From Acidobacteriota bacterium (GTDB taxonomy: Bacteria > Acidobacteriota > UBA890 > WLXD01), in contig CBDBHB010000009.1 of assembly GCA_965205505.1 (NCBI GenBank), positions 1,536,001-1,600,000 on the forward strand: a DNA stretch of 64,000 nt, given 5' to 3'. Position numbers and translations under genes: made by a program. Below the pieces are notes generated by a model, which searched no databases, was not told the DNA's origin, and worked only from the letters and a program-made list of their open reading frames with translations. This document shows, one piece after another, positions 46,333 to 55,897 of this stretch (position 1 is the stretch's first letter; each line of letters opens with the position of its first letter).

Positions 46333-46920
46333 CTACGGATAGAGCATCCCGCTCCGCCAGCCGCCGTCCTCGGTGCGCTCGAACACCGTGCGATCGTGCA
46401 ATCGCCCCAGACGCGATTCCCAGAATTCGATTCGCGAAGGATTCAATAGATACCCTCCCCAGAATGCCGGTCGGGGGATCCTCTGCCCGAGCCGTCGCGC
46501 CTTTTCGGTGACGTAGGCGATGATCAGCTCTCGGCGACCCTGTATTGGCTCGCTTTGCCGCGATGCCCAGGCGCCGAGCTGGCTCTGGCGCGCCCGAGTG
46601 GCGAAGTAGGCGTCGGCTTCCGCGTCCGAGACGCGGGTAACGGTGCCCTCGACGCGGATCTGCTTGGCGAGGGTGGGCCAGTAGAAAACCAGAGCGGCGC
46701 GGGGGTTCGCGTCGAGCTCGCTGGCTTTGCGGCTGCCGTAGTTCGTGTAGAAGACAAAGCCGCGCTCGTCGGCGCACTTCAGCAGCACCATTCGCGCCGA
46801 CGGGTCCCCCTCTGCCGTGGTGGTCGCCAGGGTCATAGCCGTGGCGCGCTGCGGCTCGCCGTTGCGTTCGGCCTGTCGCTGCAACTGCAGGAAGCGAGCG
46901 ATGGGATCGTGATTGCGCAT
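46333..46920 (-). CDS. pdxH: Pyridoxine/pyridoxamine 5'-phosphate oxidase
   Basis: AMTLAT, RMVLLK, FYTNYGSRK, QIRVEG, WGGY, IEFW, RLHDR. Confidence 0.95.
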   Translation of the reverse strand: MRNHDPIARFLQLQRQAERNGEPQRATAMTLATTTAEGDPSARMVLLKCADERGFVFYTNYGSRKASELDANPRAALVFYWPTLAKQIRVEGTVTRVSDAEADAYFATRARQSQLGAWASRQSEPIQGRRELIIAYVTEKARRLGQRIPRPAFWGGYLLNPSRIEFWESRLGRLHDRTVFERTEDGGWRSGMLYP

Positions 46921-47138
46921 GGGGGTGATTATCGCCCGGACGGTGGTGCGGTGCGGCGCCGGTTGATCGCAGACATGCCTGGCGCTCCGAGATTTCGGTG
47001 TTCACCCGCCGGCAACGCGAGTCCATCGAAGCTCTCAAGTAATTGAAAAAACTTAGCTTAGAGAATTTTTCTCTGCCGCCTCGAGAAAAACCCGCGCTGC
47101 GCTTGCCGGAATGAAGCGTCCGTAGTTTGATCACTCGG

Positions 47139-47601
47139 GTCCGGATGATTGCCCCGGCCAAACGGGAGATTCGGAACCTGTTGAGGTTGCAAAACGACCT
47201 TGAGTAGAGAACGGCTCGACGAGCCTGGAAGCGGAACCGCAAGGGGAAGCGAAAGGGCTCGGGGGATAAACGGGAGCTCGAGAGGGAGCCCGGGATGCCC
47301 GGGGAGGCGCTGGAAGCCCGCAAGGGTGGAAGGCGACTGCCTGAACGAGATGGACCAGACGTCTGCAAGGACGAGTGGGAAGTCTCGACGGGGCTGGAAG
47401 GCGAACCCGCAAGGGGGAGCCAGAGAGCAACGGAGCCAACGGCACGTTCGTCAGAGTGATGCCGATGGCAGGGTCGACGGAAAGGCTCGCAAGAGTCGGG
47501 AAGTCGAGCCATAGAGGCGAAGGAAGCTCGAGGAAACGATCGCGACGGAGGGTTCCGGACCCCACGGGAGGCCGTCGCGGTAATCATCCGGGCATTTTTT
47601 T
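47139..47601 (+). ncRNA. Candidate large modular structured ncRNA (~455 nt), family unrecognised
   Basis: 15-bp 5'/3' closing helix followed by A-T7; five GCAA-capped arms with GGAA-type internal loops; purine-rich; AT-rich region upstream. Confidence 0.75.
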
Positions 47602-47735
47602 GGTACCCGGAATGGCCCGAGGGGATGCGGGGCGAACCTAGCAGCCAGCTGGTGTTCGCCTCGCTGGGGCGCCGTCAGCTCGCCGCTTCGCGGGCTCGGC
47701 TTTACCGGCTTGCCTTCCGTTTGCTCACCCGGGCG

Positions 47736-48539
47736 TCACCCATCGTCGAGTGGCAACGGCTCGACGATCAGGTTGCGCCAAATGCACGCGGGAGCGATCG
47801 GTATGCGAACGTTCCAGCGGGCAGTGTCCTCGATCCGAGGAGCCTGTAGGCTCACCTCGTAGAGACCCACCGCCAGGTCGTTGATCTCGAACCAGCCGTC
47901 GCTGTCGCTCAGGTAAGTTCGGTGATCGCCTTCGGCCACGTCTAAGCTGATTCGCACCCCGGGGACCGGGCCGCCGGGATCGAGGCGTATGTCGGGGCGC
48001 CGCTCGGCGTTGAGTGGCAGTTGCTGACGCTCCCGGTAGACCATGCCATACAGCGACACGACCTTCTCGGCTGTCTCGAGGCCGCGCAAGTAGGCCAGAT
48101 CTGTCTCGGCGTCTCTGGCTAGCCGGGTGCGCGAACAGATTCCGGTCTCGTATCGGCCGGTAAGAGCCGACTGGTTGGCGTAAACGAGGTAGGTGCGGTT
48201 CGTGGCGAACTGGAATCCGCAGTCTCCACCGCCGGCGCCGGTCGCCACGATCACCTCGCGCTTACCCTCGGCGCCTTGCCACCGTTCCTGCACCCGCAAG
48301 GTTGCCAGGATCTTGACCTGCACATCGCCGTCCGTTTCCTCGGTAACAGTGTCCAGGCGGGTCACCCGTCCGACAAAGATCGCGGCAGTCTGCCACCACA
48401 CCTCGCAGGCAGGGCGCTTCGGCGACATACAGGTGCAGCGGGCCGTGGCCACGCCGTTGGTGCCGGGCGTCCCCAGTCCCAGAGTCGCGGGCGCAAGGCC
48501 CAGGATGGCTGCCGCCAGCAGCGGCCGCAGTTGCTTCAT
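47736..48539 (-). CDS. Secreted protein with TIMP/NTR-like domain and C-terminal carboxypeptidase-regulatory-like domain
   Basis: Signal peptide then CTC; AIFVGRV; GGGDCGFQF..YLVYA; ICSRT; SDSDGWFEI. Confidence 0.6.
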   Translation of the reverse strand: MKQLRPLLAAAILGLAPATLGLGTPGTNGVATARCTCMSPKRPACEVWWQTAAIFVGRVTRLDTVTEETDGDVQVKILATLRVQERWQGAEGKREVIVATGAGGGDCGFQFATNRTYLVYANQSALTGRYETGICSRTRLARDAETDLAYLRGLETAEKVVSLYGMVYRERQQLPLNAERRPDIRLDPGGPVPGVRISLDVAEGDHRTYLSDSDGWFEINDLAVGLYEVSLQAPRIEDTARWNVRIPIAPACIWRNLIVEPLPLDDG

Positions 48540-48741
48540 TGTGGGATCCTCAGGGCGACAGGGGAACGACGATACAAGCATACACAAACCCGGCGCGGCG
48601 CGGTCCACATCGGCCAGCGTCAGGCGCGGCCGCGGTCGATCAGCTAACCTTCTTCGACAACGAGTTCGATTTTCGAGCGGCGGCGAATCGGGGTGTTCCC
48701 GCGTCCTACGTTCCGAGGACACTTCTATCAGGAGAGGTTTC

Positions 48742-49302
48742 ATGAAGATCCGCAATGTCGTGTTGCAAACGGTTTCCCTGACGATCGCGGTGATGATCGG
48801 CGCGGCGCTGCCGCTGAATGCGCAGAACGCCCCGGCGGGGCGCGTGGTCGTTGTCGACGGTGAACGGGTTACCGCCGAAACGCAGGTCGGGCAGGAAGTA
48901 CGGACGCAGGTGGAGGCTGCCGCCACCAATTGGCAGTCGCAGTCAGACCAGTTGGAGGCCGAGCTGCAGAGCCTGGCGACTAGTCGCCAGCAGCAGGCGT
49001 TGACGCTCAGCGCTCAGGCAATGGCCGATCTCAACTCGCAGATCGAAGTGAAGCAGATCTCCATCCAGCGGTTGCAAGACGATGCTCGTCGTCAGCTCGA
49101 TCGCCTCCAGCTTGAGGGTCAACAGCGCATCAACCAGGTGCTCGTTCCGGTGCTGGAGAGACTCGCAGCGGAGCAGGGCTGGGATCTCGTATTCGATACA
49201 CGACTCCTGCAGACGGGCAGCCTGCTCCATTACTCCACCTCTCTCGACGTAACCGACGAGTTCATCGCTGGCGTCAACGCCGCTTCGGGGAGCTCTGATT
49301 GA
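48742..49302 (+). CDS. OmpH/Skp periplasmic chaperone
   Basis: Signal peptide, VVVVD, Gln-rich coiled coil, GWDLVFD..LDVTDE. Confidence 0.8.
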   Translation: MKIRNVVLQTVSLTIAVMIGAALPLNAQNAPAGRVVVVDGERVTAETQVGQEVRTQVEAAATNWQSQSDQLEAELQSLATSRQQQALTLSAQAMADLNSQIEVKQISIQRLQDDARRQLDRLQLEGQQRINQVLVPVLERLAAEQGWDLVFDTRLLQTGSLLHYSTSLDVTDEFIAGVNAASGSSD

Positions 49303-49309
49303 CGGCCTG

Positions 49310-50824
49310 CTAGGGCGCCAACAGCTCCCTGAGCCGCTGGATGGGTACGCCGAGGTTCGACCCGCCGAACTCGGGCAACACCGCGGCGTTGAGGGCCACC
49401 ACGGCTCCGTCGAGCGCCAGTACCGGGCCACCGGCGCCTCCGTGCGTTGTCTCGGCGTCGTAGACGATGGCTCCGGCGGTGATTTGGCCAATGCTGCCCA
49501 TAGTGGCGAGTGGCGCCACATAGCCACCGCGCGCCAGATGTCCGGCAAGGTCCCAGAAGTCCACCGGGTCCTGGCCTAGGATGCTCGAGACGAACGTGGG
49601 ATCGGCTCGGGCCAGGAGCGACCGGATCCCGGCCGGGTAGCCCAGCACCAAGACTTCGTCGCCGATCTCCGGTGGAGCCTCCGCGAGTCGGAGACCGGCA
49701 ACGCGTTCGCCCAGGCCGGTGCTTCGTAGTATCGCCACGTCGGCCTGTGTGTGGCCGGTCTCCACTGCGAGGTCGAACGGCTCATCGACGCCCGGGAGGT
49801 AGCCGACGAGCCGTCGCATTTTCGGCGTGAAACCCTGTTCGATGAGATGTTGGGCGGCGGCGTCGAACTCCCAGGGCATCGCGACGTGCCGATTCGTGGC
49901 GACGACGTCGAGATCGGCGAGCACGAACCCGGTGCCCGTATAGCGGAACTCGAGCGGTGAGCCCCCGCCATCCGCTGCGACAACCGTCGGAGCGTCGCCG
50001 GAGGCCACGCCTGCGGATCGCAATGCGCGCCCGCTACGCGGCTCCACGAACCCGTAGGATCCCTGTATGAAGACAACGGAGGCCGATGCTTCCGAGATCA
50101 CTCGTCCGCGCGCCGTAGTTCTATTCTCGAGCGCCTCGATCCGGGCCAGGGTATCGTTGATGCGGAAGTCGAGCTGCGCTCGCACGTCGTTGTAGTCGTT
50201 GATCGTGAACGCGGCGCGTTCGGACGCCGCGAACAGCTCGACCAGCCCTTCGACGCCCTCTAGTGGGACACTGAGCTCGCGTCCCAGCCGCGCGTCACGT
50301 GTCCAAAGCATGCCCAGTCCTGCAACCAGAGCAAAGGCTCCCAGCAAGAACGCCGCTCGAACAGCCGGTCGCACCTGGGTGGCGAGCTCGCGGGCCGGTC
50401 CCAAGACCAGGATGCCGATGCGGTCCAGCGTTCCGTGGCCACCGAGCTTGGCGCAGCCGAGGCAATCGTTGAAAGCTTCGCGTACGCTCTTGTACGCGGC
50501 GCCCGCCACGCGTGGGCGGAAGCGCAGCAGCATGCGATCGCCGATCTCGATGAGGTCACCGGCGTGCAGCGATCGATTTCCGGCGCGCGTACCGTTCACC
50601 CAGGCTTCGGTATCACCGTGGACGTCGAGATACCAACCGTCGTTATCGGCAACCAACGCGGCGATGGGCTGCTCGCCAACCCGCGGCTGCCCGTAGACGA
50701 GCTTGAGTCGGCCACCCTCTAGCGGTACGAGATGGGTGGTACCGAAAACGCGTCGAGTACGGCCGCGCTCGGGTCCTGAAAGATGGACGAGCTGTGCGGC
50801 GGCAGCCGAAACGCTCTGTATCAT
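49310..50824 (-). CDS. FHA-like + TM + trypsin-like protease domain protein (catalytic Ser appears as Ala)
   Basis: WVNG..LHAGDLIEIG; GTGF, TNRHVA, ADVA, LGYP, HGGAGGP. Confidence 0.75.
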   Translation of the reverse strand: MIQSVSAAAAQLVHLSGPERGRTRRVFGTTHLVPLEGGRLKLVYGQPRVGEQPIAALVADNDGWYLDVHGDTEAWVNGTRAGNRSLHAGDLIEIGDRMLLRFRPRVAGAAYKSVREAFNDCLGCAKLGGHGTLDRIGILVLGPARELATQVRPAVRAAFLLGAFALVAGLGMLWTRDARLGRELSVPLEGVEGLVELFAASERAAFTINDYNDVRAQLDFRINDTLARIEALENRTTARGRVISEASASVVFIQGSYGFVEPRSGRALRSAGVASGDAPTVVAADGGGSPLEFRYTGTGFVLADLDVVATNRHVAMPWEFDAAAQHLIEQGFTPKMRRLVGYLPGVDEPFDLAVETGHTQADVAILRSTGLGERVAGLRLAEAPPEIGDEVLVLGYPAGIRSLLARADPTFVSSILGQDPVDFWDLAGHLARGGYVAPLATMGSIGQITAGAIVYDAETTHGGAGGPVLALDGAVVALNAAVLPEFGGSNLGVPIQRLRELLAP

Positions 50825-50922
50825 CGTCGCCCAGCCTCCTGATAGGCGGCAGCGTAGCACCCAAGTGTGCCTGAACGCGCGGGGTCAGACTGGTTGCCAG
50901 ACTATCTCTGGTATGCGCAATT

Positions 50923-51348
50923 TCAGAGCGTCAGGTGAGGTTTCAGCGTCAGCCAGTCGTCGCTCGAATAGATGCTCGGTGCGACCTCGATCAGACGTGG
51001 GAGCATCTTGAACACCGATGTCTGGTTCCATTCGCCACCGAGCCGCGTCCGGAAGCCGGCCTCGTGCAACTCTGCGGCGATCTGACCGAAACCCTTGTCG
51101 TCGACGATCATCTTGAGCATGTGGATCATCACCTTGATCTCGTCGACGGCGGGTTCGAGCGTCATGCAATCGCTCGCCACTCGCAACCCGTACGGTACGG
51201 CCTCGGTAGACGTGTCTTCCTCTTCTCCTTCGACGGTTCGTTCCCACACGACTGCCAGGGCGCGCCAGCCGTCCTTCGCCTTGGATCGCAGTACCTCCTC
51301 GGTTAGCGGTCCGTCGATGACCTCATGCTTGCGTTCGATCTTTGCCAT
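50923..51348 (-). CDS. Small protein with a recombinase-like DNA-binding segment
   Basis: VPYG..., IAAELHEAGFRTRLGGEW..SV; no catalytic serine-recombinase domain. Confidence 0.55.
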   Translation of the reverse strand: MAKIERKHEVIDGPLTEEVLRSKAKDGWRALAVVWERTVEGEEEDTSTEAVPYGLRVASDCMTLEPAVDEIKVMIHMLKMIVDDKGFGQIAAELHEAGFRTRLGGEWNQTSVFKMLPRLIEVAPSIYSSDDWLTLKPHLTL

Positions 51349-51503
51349 GGTTTCCCCCGTGGCTTGTTTGGCGTCTGATACCCCCGCGGCACAGATCACC
51401 CCACGGACGTCCTGGAGGGAAGCTGGGGGAAATTATCAGAGCAGCGACGATCAAATGGAAGGTGCCGTCCCGGAAACGAACAGCGGTTAACGGCTAGCTG
51501 GTG

Positions 51504-53122
<1,619 letters not shown>

Positions 53123-53289
53123 GCCCCAAGAGTATCGGCGCGCTACTAACGCGCATAGGGTCGGACAGGCCGTCGACAGCTTGCAGAAGGCCCCATCAGT
53201 CGCATCCGGTTTTCCGACACGCTGGCGCAACGTCCGCTACCCTACCTGCTCTTCGCCCGTCAGACGCAGCGAGGGGGGTGGCGATCGTC

Positions 53290-54657
53290 GTGAGCAGACC
53301 CAGCCCAGCCAGCGAAGGGCTGGTTCGCAATCTCGGTGTGGCGGCGGCCGGTGCCTTCGTGGTGACCAACATGGTGGGCACCGGGATCTTCACGTTGCCG
53401 GCGATCGTTCGCGTCGCGGCAGGGAGTGCGCCGGCGGCGTTGGCTGTATGGGCTGCAGCGGGTCTACTGGGACTCTGTGGGGCGCTGTGCTACGCGGAGC
53501 TGGCGACCCGCATGCCCGGTGCCGGCGGAGAGTATCGCTACCTGGCACGAGTCTTCGGCCCGCTGTGGGGTTTCCTCAGCGGATGGACCTCCTTCATCGT
53601 CGGCTTCTCGGCCGCTGTTGCGGCATCGGCGCTCGGAATGACTGCCTACTTGGCGCCGTTGATTCCGGGTTGGGAGGCTGATGTTCCCTTGATCGCCGGC
53701 CTGGGCGTCACCCAGGGCGCTGCGGTCGCGGCGATCATCGTGCTCATTTTGACGCTCGTGCACAGTGTAGGCGTCCGTTCAAGCGGCCGCTTCCAGGTGA
53801 CCCTGGCGTCGGTGGTGGTCGCTGCTATTGTGCTCTTCGGGCTGGTGGGCTTCGCCAGCGGTCGGGGCGAGTGGAGCGGCCTGCGGGCGGCGGGAGTCGC
53901 ACAGGGCAGTTGGTGGGCAGCGCTATTGCCGGTCAGCTATGCCTACGCGGGATGGAACGCTGCCGCATACATGGCTGGCGAGGTGCGTCGGCCGGGACGA
54001 AACCTGCCGCGGGCAATCGTCGGTGGAGCGCTCGTTGTCACGGCCCTGTACCTGGCGGTCAATGCCCTCTTCTTCTACGCCATTCCCGAGGCCGATTGGG
54101 AACCGGTGATCGCCGTTGGTCAGCTGGCCGCATCGCGCCTGCTGGGCGACGCCGGCTCGCTCGCGGTCAGCGCGATCATCGCGACGGCGATGTTTGGCTC
54201 GGTCAGCGCCATGACCGCGGTCGGACCACGCATTTACTTCGCGATGGCGCGCGATGGCCTGGCCCCGCACTTCCTGGGTCGATTGTCGGCCTCGGGGCGG
54301 GTCCCGGTGGTCGCCATCGTGGCGCAAGGTGTGCTGGCGACGTTGCTGGCGCTGACCGGAGCGTTCGAGGCCCTCTTGATCTATATCGGGTCGTCGTTGC
54401 TGCTGTTCAACGCGTTGACGATCTCGACGCTGTTGGTGATTCGCCGCCGGGGCGAGGTGGCCCCAGCGGGAGCTTTCGTTACTCCAGGGCACCCTGTGCC
54501 GGGGCTCATCTTCATCGCGATGACTATTGCAGCATGGGGACAGGGTCTGATCTCGACGCCTCTTCCTACGACCGCCGCACTGGCCACGCTCTTCGCCGGC
54601 GGTCTCGTGTACGCGCTGGCGCGCCGCAAAGGGTGGCTTGCGCAGGCGACCAGCTGA
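53290..54657 (+). CDS. APC-family amino acid permease
   Basis: NMVGTGIF, YAEL..P.AGGEY, YAYAGWN..AGEV, PRIYFAMARDG. Confidence 0.9.
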   Translation: MSRPSPASEGLVRNLGVAAAGAFVVTNMVGTGIFTLPAIVRVAAGSAPAALAVWAAAGLLGLCGALCYAELATRMPGAGGEYRYLARVFGPLWGFLSGWTSFIVGFSAAVAASALGMTAYLAPLIPGWEADVPLIAGLGVTQGAAVAAIIVLILTLVHSVGVRSSGRFQVTLASVVVAAIVLFGLVGFASGRGEWSGLRAAGVAQGSWWAALLPVSYAYAGWNAAAYMAGEVRRPGRNLPRAIVGGALVVTALYLAVNALFFYAIPEADWEPVIAVGQLAASRLLGDAGSLAVSAIIATAMFGSVSAMTAVGPRIYFAMARDGLAPHFLGRLSASGRVPVVAIVAQGVLATLLALTGAFEALLIYIGSSLLLFNALTISTLLVIRRRGEVAPAGAFVTPGHPVPGLIFIAMTIAAWGQGLISTPLPTTAALATLFAGGLVYALARRKGWLAQATS

Positions 54658-54660
54658 TTC

Positions 54661-55632
54661 CTATTCGAGCAGCTTCGTCTCAGGGTTGTTCAGGCTCCAC
54701 GTATACCAGAACGTATCGAAGCCACCGAGTCGCGTGATCTCGCCGTCGAACTCCATGCGCCGCGCGTCGAAGCTCTCACCGGCCACGTGGCGCCAAACGC
54801 CATCGTCGTTGACGAATCCATCTCCGGAAAAAGCTGCAGTGGAGGCGAACAGCGGCGCGTCAGGCTGGCGAAACAGGAAGAGTGCCCGGCCGCTCGGTAG
54901 CGCGAACGCCGCGCCCCCTTTGATGCGATCGTGGGTCACCGCGTAACGCCCCCCATCGGCTTGGAACGCATAAATCGGCGTCTTGGTGTCGAGGCGTGGA
55001 TCGTCGGCGAGTTGGCCCCCGAATCCGTCCTCACGCGCCCAGTAGTCGGTGTATACGTCGCGTGTGTGTTGCCGCCCTTGAATCGACAGGACGAGGGTGT
55101 CGGGGTGCTGTTGTCTCCAGTCCTGCCAGCTGACCCTGGAGCCCGTGGGCAGCTCGACGAGCTTGGTGCCGAGGTAGGCGCCAGCAACGGACTCACTGCG
55201 CATGATTGCCCAGTACGAGTCGGTCTGCTTGTCTTGCATGACCAGCGAGCTGTTCATGAGGCCACCGGACGCTTCGAACTGCAGCTCCTCACCACCGTAC
55301 TCTCGGCTGTACACGACAGCCGTATTCGCCAGCGGTCACCAGACGGCTGCGTAGGCGGTATCACCGATCTTGTCGTTGACGATCTCGTAGCCGCTGAGCA
55401 AGTTGATGCTGAACGCGCGCGCCTGCCCTTCGATGACAATCCCCAGCATCCAGGCATCGTCCGGAACATCCGCAGCGCCGGCCTCGACCCATTCCGGCTG
55501 ATCGATCGACGGGATCTGGCCACGTGGCAGAACCTGCACGAACCCAGGCGGTTGTGGCGCTGCGCATGCAGCCAGCGTCATGACGGGGGCGACCAAGATC
55601 CGTGTGAGCTTACGGCGGCAATCGGTGCGCAT
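54661..55632 (-). CDS. DUF3179-family selenolipoprotein (Sec at TGA 55336-55338)
   Basis: Lipobox LAAC; IPSIDQP, YEIVND, AAVW-U-PLANTAVVYSR, SGGL..SSLVMQD..TDSYW in one frame. Confidence 0.82.
55304..55322 (-). promoter_or_regulatory. Putative SECIS hairpin of the DUF3179 gene
   Basis: Perfect 7-bp stem CGGCTGT-CGTGT-ACAGCCG starting 13 nt after the TGA. Confidence 0.65.
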
Positions 55633-55897
55633 ATCGCTCCTGCCCTCCGGGTGGCCGCGGGACCGGCCACCTTGGGCGTCGCGGCGCCTCGACGATACAC
55701 CCAGCATCGCCCTCGTCGCCGCTCCTACAATTCGCCCCGGTCGCGCGCGCCACAAACGTCACCGTACTTATGATCAGGAGCACTAGATTCTGCTACCTGC
55801 GTTACGGCAGGCCAAGAATTCACGCGGGCGGGGGAGGTCGGGCAGTGTGGCATGCCTTACAAAGGCTTACCCGACAACGGGCGCCTTCAGCGCCCTG

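Noticed and set aside
46298-47587. 429-aa minus-strand ORF and short plus-strand ORFs over the 47.1-47.6 kb region
   Set aside because: Ser/Arg/Pro-rich low-complexity translations with no motifs, overlapping pdxH in another frame; better explained by the structured RNA
47139-47601. RNase P, tmRNA, SRP or CRISPR interpretation of the structured region
   Set aside because: No GGAAAGTCC P4 motif, no tRNA-like ends, no SRP domain IV consensus, and modules are not identical repeats with spacers
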